Notes under the pieces: model-generated | The model's database searches: none | What the model was told of the DNA's origin: nothing | The model's input: only the letters and a program-made list of their open reading frames with translations | Made by a program: the position numbers and the translations under genes | In this document: positions 54,196-63,263 of the stretch, piece after piece | Layout of the letters: each line of letters starts with the position of its first letter | Position numbering within the stretch: the stretch's first letter is position 1 | From: Parcubacteria group bacterium | Lineage (GTDB): Bacteria > Patescibacteriota > Minisyncoccia > JACPHC01 | Assembly: GCA_016188775.1 (NCBI GenBank) | Contig: JACPHC010000003.1 | Span: forward strand, 344 to 64,343 | DNA: 64,000 bases | Reading direction: 5' to 3'

Positions 54196-55962
54196 TTAAT
54201 TTACGGCTAGGCCAGTCGGCGCCGCGGGCGGGGTAGTGTCCTGCTGTGCTCCTGACACATATTCATACGCGCCAATATCCCAAGCCAATCCTTGTGGGCG
54301 AGTTACCTTGTCGAAGTCTACGGCGATAGAGAGGCCGTAAATATTTTGGAAGGTTTGGTAAACCGAGGAAACAAGGCCCGCATTTACAGCGGAACTTCCC
54401 GATTGGAGATGGAAATCATTTGCCGATGAGTTTACAAATAACGGATCGGCATTCAAAGAATTCGCGCCCTTACTGGTTGCCGACTGGAAAGTGGCAAGCG
54501 AGGTATAGGTATTCGCGCCCCAAATCGTCTTAAAACCACCTCCAAAAAGAAAGTTATCAACCGTTGAGTTTGCGGCGTTTATCGATGAAGCAAGAAATAT
54601 ATCGCTTCCCGCTCCCAGTCCCGCGATAATGTTATTAGCCATGAAAAAAGAGCCGCTGTCGGGGGAATTCACGCCAGCGTCCACATCATAAAATGTATTG
54701 TTGATGACATAGCGGTTCCGCCCTCCCCAGGTGGTCATGGCCGCTCCGTTTGAATAAGCGTTATTGGGATCGAAAGCCGGACTGTGAATGCCATGAATCA
54801 CGTTGCCGATAAAATACAAATTCTGACCAAAGCCATCTCCATCCGGCCCGCTTGTGCTGGCGCCGCCGATACCCGTGTGGCAATCATACAAATTGTTATA
54901 GAGAAACCACACCCGTTCCGGACCGTACTGATACCCGGCGCAATTGCCCCCGGACGACGATGGGCTTGGCACAATTCCGTAGGCGGTATTTCGCGAGAAA
55001 ACCACATCGGTTGCCTGCTTCGTCCAAAATCCGGTCTGTTTATGGTGATGAGATGTATTTCCCCCAAAATAAATATGATGAGTTCGCGACGTAACTGAAT
55101 CAGAATCCGCCTTGCTGCCGCCGTTGACTTGAATGCCGTCGCCGCTGCAGCGCGCAAGTTCATTATCGAGCACCCAAACATTGTCAGCATGCCCAATTCC
55201 GACACAATGAACATCTTGGTCGATCGTTGTGGCGATGTCGCCATTGTCATGGATATAATTACTGTACACCAAAATATTCGAAATTCGGTTAGTATCAGAG
55301 CTTGCGATCTCGACTCCGCCGCCCACGAGGTTCCCATGCGCGTCGCTAAAACGAAGCGCGAGGTGATCTGACGGCGATACGATAACGAAACTCCCGGACG
55401 AGCCTCCGGAAAGGTCGCCGTCCGCATCGGCAAATTCAAGATTTTCGAAGATAGCATAAGTTCCCTTGACTTGCATGTTTGCAATAATTTTTGGCTTTTC
55501 TGAATCGCTAACCCCCCGGATAAAGACCGGACTTGTCGAGGTTCCGTTCGCGGTAATGATATTAGGATTGGTATAGCTGCATATCCCTGAGCAATCCCGA
55601 TATATATTTCCATGCATTTCGACAACGGATCCTTCCGGAATGGGTTTAGGCGGACTTTTTCGCGGTAAGGCCGGTGTTCCATAGAGGTTATTTGAATCAG
55701 TAGCGCCGGCGCATGAAGTGCAGACGAAATAAAAGCCGGGGGTGGGCAATGTCCATGGATTCGGGGCTACGGGCGCGGTTTCTGCGATGCCAAACGGCGG
55801 ATTTGGAATGCCGACAGGAGGAATATACGCGTGAACCGTACTTCCCAAAACGATGATGCTTGCCAAGACTAGGAACAACGAAGCGAGCCAAAGCGATATT
55901 TGTTTTATAAGCCAACGGAAAGGAAAATAATTTAAATATGAAATATTTGCTTTTTTAAACAT
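54196..55962 (-). CDS. Secreted right-handed beta-helix (pectate-lyase-fold) protein ending in the shared ...DTTPPAAPTGLAVN* module
   Basis: Signal/TM segment, NxDxxH-rich beta-helix repeats (NGDIATTIDQDVHCVGIGHADNVWVLDNE...) and WDIGAYEY near the C-terminus. High GC. Confidence 0.65.
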   Translation of the reverse strand: MFKKANISYLNYFPFRWLIKQISLWLASLFLVLASIIVLGSTVHAYIPPVGIPNPPFGIAETAPVAPNPWTLPTPGFYFVCTSCAGATDSNNLYGTPALPRKSPPKPIPEGSVVEMHGNIYRDCSGICSYTNPNIITANGTSTSPVFIRGVSDSEKPKIIANMQVKGTYAIFENLEFADADGDLSGGSSGSFVIVSPSDHLALRFSDAHGNLVGGGVEIASSDTNRISNILVYSNYIHDNGDIATTIDQDVHCVGIGHADNVWVLDNELARCSGDGIQVNGGSKADSDSVTSRTHHIYFGGNTSHHHKQTGFWTKQATDVVFSRNTAYGIVPSPSSSGGNCAGYQYGPERVWFLYNNLYDCHTGIGGASTSGPDGDGFGQNLYFIGNVIHGIHSPAFDPNNAYSNGAAMTTWGGRNRYVINNTFYDVDAGVNSPDSGSFFMANNIIAGLGAGSDIFLASSINAANSTVDNFLFGGGFKTIWGANTYTSLATFQSATSKGANSLNADPLFVNSSANDFHLQSGSSAVNAGLVSSVYQTFQNIYGLSIAVDFDKVTRPQGLAWDIGAYEYVSGAQQDTTPPAAPTGLAVN

Positions 55963-55984
55963 TAGTAATTTTTTATATTAGTTT

Positions 55985-56040
55985 CAAATTTTAATTTACC
56001 GCCAATCCAGTCGGCGTGGCGGGCGGAGTGGTGTCAGGGG
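55985..56040. repeat. 3' module scar upstream of the beta-helix protein gene
   Basis: TTAATTTACCGCCAATCCAGTCGGCGTGGCGGGCGGAGTGGTGTCAGG. Confidence 0.6.
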
Positions 56041-56081
56041 TGAGAAAAATAGGCGCGCCTCCTCCAAGTCGGGCTTTTTTA

Positions 56082-56450
56082 TTATTCCACGTGCTTTAAA
56101 CAAGTTTTGGCGGCCGGGTTGGCTTCCAATCGCTCCAATTCAATTTTTTCTTGGCCGATTTCGCAAAAACCGTATTGGCCGGCTTTCATTTTAACAAGCG
56201 CGGCGTCAACTTCTTTTAATCTCAATTCCAAAACATGTTCTTCGCCCACTAAATTATCGTATTCCTCAACTTCATCTTGCGCCTCATCGCGATAAATTCC
56301 GATTTCCTGGCCAAATTGAGGATAACGAGTGTCCCAGTCGCCTTTTAATTTCGGGTCCCTTTTGGCAAAACGAGAAAGAGTGTTTTCCAAATCTTTTTTT
56401 TCTTTAATCAGAGCCGATTCTAATTTTTCTAAAAATTTTTGATCTAACAT
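56082..56450 (-). CDS. DksA/TraR-family C4 zinc-finger protein
   Basis: GQYGFCEIGQEKIELERLEANPAAKTCLKH, a DksA-type zinc finger. Confidence 0.75.
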   Translation of the reverse strand: MLDQKFLEKLESALIKEKKDLENTLSRFAKRDPKLKGDWDTRYPQFGQEIGIYRDEAQDEVEEYDNLVGEEHVLELRLKEVDAALVKMKAGQYGFCEIGQEKIELERLEANPAAKTCLKHVE

Positions 56451-56486
56451 ATTTATTAAATAGAATAAATTAAAAATTAAATAAGG

Positions 56487-56750
56487 TTACAAGTGTTTAT
56501 AAATATCTTTACGGTGATCAATATCAAAAAAGATCACTGTTGTCATGTCTTGAAAATAAAATAAAACTCTATATTGACGAGTAATTCTAAATGAAAAAGC
56601 ATATTCAAGAGAATAAACTTTTTTGATATGTAATCGTGAATCACGCCAGTTATTAACAAAACGCTCCTTTTGGATTTCAAAAAAGCGTTGGATATTTTTT
56701 GGTAATTTAGAAAAATTATGATCAAAATCTTCAGAACAGATTATCCGCAT
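56487..56750 (-). CDS. RelE/ParE-family toxin
   Basis: An 87-aa product with YRVLFYFQDMTTVIFFDIDHRKDIY, the RelE/ParE C-terminal signature. Confidence 0.6.
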   Translation of the reverse strand: MRIICSEDFDHNFSKLPKNIQRFFEIQKERFVNNWRDSRLHIKKVYSLEYAFSFRITRQYRVLFYFQDMTTVIFFDIDHRKDIYKHL

Positions 56751-56950
56751 AATAATCTTGGAGGATATTTTTTTAAGGCTTTCTGATATGAATTTTTAAT
56801 CCGTTCCGGATGCGCGTATTCTTTAATATTTTCTCGTGGAAGAATTAATGTGATTTCCTGACGCAAAAAACGCACTTCTTGCAAAAGAGAATTTAGTGTT
56901 TTATTGATGTTTAATTTATCTTTTTGAATTTTAACAGTCGTTGTATTCAT
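56741..56950 (-). CDS. Putative cognate antitoxin (69 aa)
   Basis: Directly upstream of the toxin with a 10-nt overlap; a palindromic operator lies upstream. Confidence 0.45.
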   Translation of the reverse strand: MNTTTVKIQKDKLNINKTLNSLLQEVRFLRQEITLILPRENIKEYAHPERIKNSYQKALKKYPPRLLCG

Positions 56951-56972
56951 AATCCCAGTATATCAATAATAA

Positions 56973-56996
56973 AACGCAAGTCAATTTCCTTGCGTT
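56973..56996. promoter_or_regulatory. Palindromic operator candidate AACGCAAG-TCAATTTC-CTTGCGTT between the toxin-antitoxin operon and rpsO
   Basis: 8-bp inverted arms 23 nt upstream of the antitoxin start. Confidence 0.4.
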
Positions 56997-57025
56997 AATT
57001 AAAAAAATATAGTAAAGTGTTTGTA

Positions 57026-57292
57026 ATGTTAAACGTTAAAGAAAAAACTAAAATCATTGAATCATACAAACTTCACGAAAGAGACACCGGCTCGACCGAA
57101 GTGCAAATCGCCATTATGACCGAGGAAATTGACCGGCTGGCCGAACATCTCAAAAAACACGCCAAAGACAACCACTCGCGAAGAGGGCTTTTGAAAATGG
57201 TGGCGAAAAGAAAAAAATTCCTCGATTTGCTTAAAAACGAAAACGAAAAGCGGTATAATACTTTAATTAAAAAATTGGGATTAAAAAAATAA
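57026..57292 (+). CDS. rpsO: 30S ribosomal protein S15
   Basis: [29 protein letters not shown] ... an S15 signature; 88 aa. Confidence 0.95.
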   Translation: MLNVKEKTKIIESYKLHERDTGSTEVQIAIMTEEIDRLAEHLKKHAKDNHSRRGLLKMVAKRKKFLDLLKNENEKRYNTLIKKLGLKK

Positions 57293-57819
57293 TGTCCGTT
57301 ATCAAACATAAAGATCAGCGAGTGGCGGTTTTGATTGACGTGCAAAATATGTACCACTCGGCCAGAAATCTCTACAACGCCCGGGTGAATTTTAACGAGA
57401 TTGTCCGTCAGGCCGTTGGCGGCCGGCGATTGGTTCGGGCTTTGGCTTACGTGGTTCGCACCAAAACCGGCGAAGAAAAACCCTTTATCGAAGCTTTGAG
57501 CAAACTCGGCATTGAAATCCGGGAAAAAGATCTCCAGGAATTTTTCGGCGGCGCCAAAAAAGCCGACTGGGACGTGGGCATTACCATTGACGCGGTCAGA
57601 CTTTCGGAAATCGTGGACGCGGTGGTTCTGGCTTCCGGCGATGGCGATTTTATTCCGGTCTTGGAATATCTGAAAGGCCGAGGCCGGCAAGCCGAAGTAA
57701 TCGCTTTTGGCCGCACCGCTTCCAGCCGCCTTAGAGAATCAGCCGATGACTTCATTGATTTGGGAGAAAATAAAGAAAAATTTTTAATTAAAACCAGTCG
57801 AAAAAAAATAATTAAATGA
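57292..57819 (+). CDS. NYN-domain (LabA-like, PIN-like) protein
   Basis: VAVLIDVQNMYHS ... DVGITIDAV ... LASGDGDFIPVLE is the NYN pattern. Its start overlaps the rpsO stop (TAATG). Confidence 0.75.
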   Translation: MSVIKHKDQRVAVLIDVQNMYHSARNLYNARVNFNEIVRQAVGGRRLVRALAYVVRTKTGEEKPFIEALSKLGIEIREKDLQEFFGGAKKADWDVGITIDAVRLSEIVDAVVLASGDGDFIPVLEYLKGRGRQAEVIAFGRTASSRLRESADDFIDLGENKEKFLIKTSRKKIIK

Positions 57820-57890
57820 ATAAAACCATTCTGGCCAAAGGGAAGAGTTTATAAAAAAACTTCCCTCTGTTCAGAATGGCTGATTAAATC

Positions 57891-59981
57891 GTGAAAACGA
57901 AAAAACATGTTTTTGAAAAAGAATTCGCGGGTCAAACCCTGCGTTACGAAATAGGGGAATTAGCCGAACAAGCCAACGCGGCCGTTTTTGCCCATTACGG
58001 CGAAACCAGCGTTTTGGTAACGGTCGTGATGTCAAAAAATGTTCGCGAGAGCATTGATTATATGCCGCTGACCGTGGATTATGAAGAGCGTTTTTACGCC
58101 GCGGGGAAAATTTTGGGCAGCCGATTCTTGCGCCGCGAAGGTCGGGCCTCAACTGAAGCGATGTTGAACGGCCGACTGATTGATCGAGCTCTGCGGCCTC
58201 TTTTTAATCCGTGGATGAGAAACGATGTCCAAATTATCGCCACGGTCCTTTCTTTTGACGGAAAAAACGATCCGGCCGTGCTGGGTTTAAACGCCGCTTC
58301 TTTGGCGCTTCTCATTTCCGATATTCCCTGGTCAGGCCCCATCGGCGCTTTAAGAGTAGGTCAAGCCAATAATGAATTTGTCGTTGGAATGGCCTTCTCC
58401 GAAAACTCTTCTCTGGACGCGGTTTTGGCCGGCAGTCAAGAAAAAATTATTATGATCGAAGCCGGAGCCGATCAAATTTCGGAATCGGACTTTCTCGATT
58501 CTATCCAATTCAGCCAAAAATATTTAGGCGAACTGGTTGATTTCCAAAACGAAATAGCCCAAAAAATCGGCCAAACGAAAAAAGCCATCGTCATTGAAGA
58601 GCCGGACAAAGAACTGATGGATTTAATCGAAAAAATTGTCGGCCAAAAACTCGATGAAGCTTTGTACCGGCCCGGAAAAATAGAGCGGATGGAAGAGTTG
58701 GGAATTTTAAAAGAAGAATGGCGAAACGCGGTCAAAGAAAAATGGCCGGATGATTTTCTGAAATTAAAACTGGGGGAAAACGCTTTTGAAGAAAAAATAA
58801 ACGCCATCGTCCATCGAAATATTATTGAAAAAAATAAAAGGCCGGATGGCCGCCAACTGGACGAAGTCAGGCCTCTTTCCGTTTCTGTTCCGTTTTTGAA
58901 ACGGGCCCACGGCTCGGCTCTTTTTGTCCGGGGGCAAACCCAATCCCTTTCAATTTTAACTTTAGGAGCTCCCGGAGACGAACTTTTAATTGAAGGAATG
59001 GAAATCCGGGAGAAAAAAAGATTTATCCATCACTATAATTTTCCGCCTTTTTCCAGCGGCGAAATCAAACCCCTAAGAGGCCCGGGCCGAAGAGAAATCG
59101 GCCACGGCGCTTTGGCGGAAAAAGCCCTGTTGCCGATCATACCGAATCAAGAAAAATTTCCTTACACAATCCGAATCGTCTCGGAAATCCTGTCTTCCAA
59201 CGGATCAACTTCCATGGCCTCGGCCACCAGCTCCACTTTGGCTTTAATGGACGCGGGCGTACCCATCAAAGAAATGGTCACCGGTATTGCCATGGGACTG
59301 ATGAGCGATGAAAAAGGCAATTTTAAAATTTTAACCGATATTCAAGGTCCGGAAGATCATCACGGCGATATGGATTTGAAAGTCGCCGGCACCAAAAATG
59401 GCATCACCGCGATTCAAATGGACGTCAAAGTCCACGGCGTTAGCGAAAAAATACTGGCGGCCGGAATAAAGCAAGCCAAAGAAGCCAGAGAGCATATATT
59501 AAAAACAGTAAGAGAAGCGATCAGCGAGCCGAGACCGGAACTTTCGCCTTACGCCCCTCGAGTGTTGACAATTCAAATCAATCCGGAAAAAATCGGCGAA
59601 GTCATTGGTCCGGGCGGAAAAATGATCAATAAAATTATCGCCGAGACCGGCGCGGAAATTGATATTGAAGACAGTGGCGTCGTTTTTATCACAGCCGAAA
59701 ATCCGGAAGCCGCGAACAAGGCTTTGGCTTGGGTCAAAAACATTGTCCGAGAAGCCAAGCCCGGAGAAATCTTTGAAGGCAAGGTTGTCAGAATTATGGA
59801 TTTTGGCGCTTTCGTGGAAATCCTTCCCGGGCAAGACGGCTTGGTTCACATCTCGGAAATTTCTCCAAAACGAATTGAAAAAGTGACTGATGTTTTGAAA
59901 ATCGGCGATATAGTCACGGTTAAAGTCAAAAACATTGATGAACTGGGCAGGATAAACCTGACAATCAAAGGGGCAAAATAA
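57891..59981 (+). CDS. pnp: Polyribonucleotide nucleotidyltransferase (PNPase)
   Basis: GTG start; two RNase PH domains, a KH domain (GPGGKMINKIIAETGAEIDIED) and an S1 domain (GKVVRIMDFGAFVEIL). Confidence 0.95.
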   Translation: MKTKKHVFEKEFAGQTLRYEIGELAEQANAAVFAHYGETSVLVTVVMSKNVRESIDYMPLTVDYEERFYAAGKILGSRFLRREGRASTEAMLNGRLIDRALRPLFNPWMRNDVQIIATVLSFDGKNDPAVLGLNAASLALLISDIPWSGPIGALRVGQANNEFVVGMAFSENSSLDAVLAGSQEKIIMIEAGADQISESDFLDSIQFSQKYLGELVDFQNEIAQKIGQTKKAIVIEEPDKELMDLIEKIVGQKLDEALYRPGKIERMEELGILKEEWRNAVKEKWPDDFLKLKLGENAFEEKINAIVHRNIIEKNKRPDGRQLDEVRPLSVSVPFLKRAHGSALFVRGQTQSLSILTLGAPGDELLIEGMEIREKKRFIHHYNFPPFSSGEIKPLRGPGRREIGHGALAEKALLPIIPNQEKFPYTIRIVSEILSSNGSTSMASATSSTLALMDAGVPIKEMVTGIAMGLMSDEKGNFKILTDIQGPEDHHGDMDLKVAGTKNGITAIQMDVKVHGVSEKILAAGIKQAKEAREHILKTVREAISEPRPELSPYAPRVLTIQINPEKIGEVIGPGGKMINKIIAETGAEIDIEDSGVVFITAENPEAANKALAWVKNIVREAKPGEIFEGKVVRIMDFGAFVEILPGQDGLVHISEISPKRIEKVTDVLKIGDIVTVKVKNIDELGRINLTIKGAK

Positions 59982-60001
59982 AATTTCAATCTGCCAAAGA
60001 A

Positions 60002-60093
60002 TGTCATTGCGAACGACCGAAGGAAGCAAAGCAATCTCAAAAGCTCGTATAAACACGAGATTGCCACGGCGTCTTCGACGCCTCGCGATGACA
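60002..60093. mobile_element. MITE-like element B, copy 3 (TGTCATTGCGA ... CCTCGCGATGACA inverted repeats)
   Basis: Terminal inverted repeats, 20 nt after the pnp stop. Confidence 0.55.
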
Positions 60094-60158
60094 AGAATAG
60101 TTTAAAATTAAATTAGTTTTCCACAATGAAATACTAAGATAATTTATGGTATAATTAA

Positions 60159-61265
60159 TTGATGGAAACTAATAACAAAAGAATTCCTTTACGGACGATG
60201 AAAGCGGATATTGAAGCCGCTAAAAAATTGGGAGCTAAACCCTCTTTGCAATCAAAACCGGCTCCATCCGCGCCAACTCCTTTGCCGACCGGCAGTCCAT
60301 CGTCCGCTCCGCCGCCCGCTCCCGCGCCGCTCTCTTCTAAACTGCCTCAACCACAACCCTTGCCTCAATCTGAACCAAAACCAATAGAACCTCAAATTCC
60401 GGTTTATCGTCCGAGCGAGCCGAAAATTAAATTTGAAACGCCAATGGAAGAAATGGATGAAAAAATCAACATACCGGAAATAGAAAAAGAGCGGGAAGAA
60501 GTTTCAGCGATCAAAGCCCGCCTTGAGCGGGAAAGAGCCGCTATGCTGGAAAAAGAAGTGGCGGACCTGGAATCCAAAATCGAAGAAATGGAAAAAGAAG
60601 AATGGATTCATGTCCGGCAGGAAGAAGAAATTAAAAAACTCAAAGAACAGCTGGAATTTTTAAGAAAAGAAAGGGAACTGGCCATTAAAAAAACCGTAAC
60701 GGAAAAAGAAAAAGAGTTTGAACCGCTCAAAGAACAGCTGAAGCTGTTAGAAGAAGAGCGTTTGATATTGGCCCAGCGGTCCATCAAGGCCGAATCCAAA
60801 ATCAACGAGCTGACTTTAAAAACCAGAGAGCTGGAAGCCTTGACCGCCATGGGTCTGCGCAAAGAAAAGATTATTGAAGCCGCTAAAACCAAATTGGTCA
60901 AATTAGAAGAGAAAATCGCTGAAGCCGAAAAGAAAAAAGCTTTGGTTCGCGCCAAAGAAATGGCCCGGGAATCGGAAAAAGAAGAAAAAATAAGAGAATT
61001 AAAGAAACAAATTGACGCCTTGGAAACTGAAAAAACATTGATTAAGGGAGAGGAAGAAAGAGAAATTAAAATCATTGAATCGGGAATTGAAGACGTTAAA
61101 AGCGAAGAAAAAAATATCCTTTCTGAAGAAATGAGAGCCCTGGAAGAAGAACGCCTCAAAGCCAAAGAAGAACAAGAAAAAGTCAGCTCGATGATTGAAG
61201 AATTAAAAAGCCGAATTAGCGCTAAAACCGAATCGGAAGAATTAGGCTCAAAGCTTGAATTATAA
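60159..61265 (+). CDS. Hypothetical protein: Pro-rich N-terminal region followed by a long Glu/Lys-rich coiled coil
   Basis: Composition and heptad-like EK repeats. The antisense ORF 60608..61558 is a low-complexity artefact. Confidence 0.5.
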   Translation: MMETNNKRIPLRTMKADIEAAKKLGAKPSLQSKPAPSAPTPLPTGSPSSAPPPAPAPLSSKLPQPQPLPQSEPKPIEPQIPVYRPSEPKIKFETPMEEMDEKINIPEIEKEREEVSAIKARLERERAAMLEKEVADLESKIEEMEKEEWIHVRQEEEIKKLKEQLEFLRKERELAIKKTVTEKEKEFEPLKEQLKLLEEERLILAQRSIKAESKINELTLKTRELEALTAMGLRKEKIIEAAKTKLVKLEEKIAEAEKKKALVRAKEMARESEKEEKIRELKKQIDALETEKTLIKGEEEREIKIIESGIEDVKSEEKNILSEEMRALEEERLKAKEEQEKVSSMIEELKSRISAKTESEELGSKLEL

Positions 61266-61268
61266 AAA

Positions 61269-62513
61269 ATGACTCCAACTAATTTCGATGAAGAAAAAGA
61301 GGATCTTTTGCATCGAATTGTCCAAGCAAGGCGTAAACTTGAAGAACTGCGCGCTTCAGGTCCTAAACCCGCCCCGGAAATCAAAATAGAAACGGAAATT
61401 AAAAAACCGGAGTTTAAAATTGAAGAATCCGAAAGGTTAAAATTGGAAGCCGAAGAAGAAATACGAAAAATCATTGAAAAAAAACCGGAAATTCCCGAAG
61501 CGGAAATTATAAAACCCCTGCCGATTTTGCCGGAAGAAAAACCGGAAATCTTGTTCAAGCCAAAACTTGAACCGATTATTCGGACTATGCATCAAGATAT
61601 CGCCGAACTCAAACCTAAAACAACTGAACCGTTAAAACCAATAACTCCGCCCATCGCGGTCCCGCTTCCTCAAAGATTTTCTCCGGCCAAAACTCCTCAG
61701 GTTCTGCCTAAAAATTTTTTCAAAATAATTTTCGCCGGTCTCATCGCCGTTTTGTTCCTCGCGTTGATTGGAGGAAGCGTTGGTTGGTATTTTAAATATC
61801 AGCCGGCCCTACCTCGAATTAAAAAGTTGGAAGCCCCGGAAAGTTTTATTCGCTCTGAAAAAAATACTGTCATTGAACTGGCAACGCTCAACGAAAAAAC
61901 AATCAGACAGGCCGTCCAAAACGAAACGGTTTCTCTTGAAAAAAATACTTTCAAAGAAATTTATTTTAAAAAGTCTTTTGCCGAACAATTTTGCCGATTT
62001 GGCAAATGCGTCAACGTCAGCCGAGAAAAATTTATTGCTTCAAAAGATTTTTTTCAAGCTTTGGAAATTCGAGCGCCGGAATCGTTTTTTGAATCGCTGG
62101 AACCTGAATTCAATATTTTAATATTCAATCAAAATGATCAACCCAGGCGCGGTTTAATTTTCCAAAGCCGAGATTTGGAAAAAACCCGTTTTGCCCTGGA
62201 AACTTGGCCCGACATTATTAACGATTTAGCTTTTTTATTTGAAGGCATTCCGATTGGCATTGAAGCTAAGGCTCAACCGTTTAAAGACGGATTGTATCAA
62301 AATATCTCGTTTCGAAGCATCGATTTGGGCGGTTTTAACTCTTCGTTTGATTATTTTTTCTTCCCGGCTAAAAATATTGTGATTTTAAGTTCTTCCGGCG
62401 ATTTAACTCGAGAATTAATTAACCGATTATTAGGCCAGCCCGAAATTATTCCGTCGATTATTGAAATAATTCCCGAACAAACCATTCCTTCTCCGAAACC
62501 TATTTTTCCGTAG
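61269..62513 (+). CDS. Hypothetical membrane-anchored protein
   Basis: Internal TM helix FKIIFAGLIAVLFLALIGGSVGWYF; placed 4 nt after the previous gene. Confidence 0.5.
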   Translation: MTPTNFDEEKEDLLHRIVQARRKLEELRASGPKPAPEIKIETEIKKPEFKIEESERLKLEAEEEIRKIIEKKPEIPEAEIIKPLPILPEEKPEILFKPKLEPIIRTMHQDIAELKPKTTEPLKPITPPIAVPLPQRFSPAKTPQVLPKNFFKIIFAGLIAVLFLALIGGSVGWYFKYQPALPRIKKLEAPESFIRSEKNTVIELATLNEKTIRQAVQNETVSLEKNTFKEIYFKKSFAEQFCRFGKCVNVSREKFIASKDFFQALEIRAPESFFESLEPEFNILIFNQNDQPRRGLIFQSRDLEKTRFALETWPDIINDLAFLFEGIPIGIEAKAQPFKDGLYQNISFRSIDLGGFNSSFDYFFFPAKNIVILSSSGDLTRELINRLLGQPEIIPSIIEIIPEQTIPSPKPIFP

Positions 62514-62516
62514 TTT

Positions 62517-62650
62517 GTCATTGCGAGCAAAGCGAAGCAATCTTAAAAAGAATCGCGTAAATTTTTAAATTAAGAGATCGCTTCGGCCATTCCATCGCCT
62601 CGCAATGACGGTTAAAAGATTGTTTTTAACGATTCCATCGCCTCGCGCTG
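62517..62650. mobile_element. MITE-like element B, copy 1 (inverted repeats GTCATTGCGAG / CTCGCAATGAC) plus an extra partial right end
   Basis: TGTCATTGCGAGCAAAGCGAAGCAATC ... GATCGCTTCGGCCATTCCATCGCCTCGCAATGACGG, then GATTCCATCGCCTCGCGCTG. Confidence 0.65.
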
Positions 62651-63059
62651 TATGCTTTATTGAATAATAAATCTTACCTGTGGATAAATTGGGGAAATGA
62701 TAAAGAATTACAAATGTAAATTTATTAAACTATCTTTAAAAATCCGCTCAACCAAGCGGATTTTTAAAGATTAAACATTTGACAAATATCTTAAAAAGTT
62801 ATCAACTGAATAACCTATTGACTTCTTTCGCGCGTAGACTAAAATATAAATAGATCTTTGCGAGTTTGAAAAAATTTCCCGAATTCAACGGGAAAACAGT
62901 TCTTTTTTCAATTTTGTTCTTTGCTCAAAGTCCAATTCGGACAAACTGGCAGAGATTTGCAAATTTCTGTCTTGTTTCGAAGACAGAACCAAAGGCGCTT
63001 TAGCCCAATTTATACAAAATATATTTTAAGGGCTTATAAAGCGCCTTTTTTATTTATTT

Positions 63060-63199
63060 TGTCATTGCGAGCTGAAAGCGAAGCAATTTCAAAAAAAATC
63101 GCGTAAATTTTTAAATTAAGAGATCGCTTCGGCCATTCCATCTCCTCGCAATGACGGTTAAAAGATTGTTTTAGCGATTCCATCGCCCCGCAATGACGA
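63060..63199. mobile_element. MITE-like element B, copy 2 (about 90% identical to copy 1, with a duplicated right end)
   Basis: TGTCATTGCGAGCTGAAAGCGAAGCAAT ... CTCCTCGCAATGACGG ... GATTCCATCGCCCCGCAATGACGAG. Confidence 0.65.
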
Positions 63200-63263
63200 G
63201 CTGAAAAATTATTTTGATGATTTCATTTGATATCTGATTTTACAAATAGTAAAATAAAAGCAA

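Noticed and set aside
54798-55682. 294-aa alternative-frame ORF inside the beta-helix gene
   Set aside because: It is in the same region as the well-supported 588-aa beta-helix protein. High local GC produces long open alternative frames with no protein-like features.
60608-61558. 316-aa minus-strand Ser/Leu/Phe-rich ORF
   Set aside because: It is antisense to the Glu/Lys-rich coiled-coil gene; its low-complexity composition is a mirror artefact.
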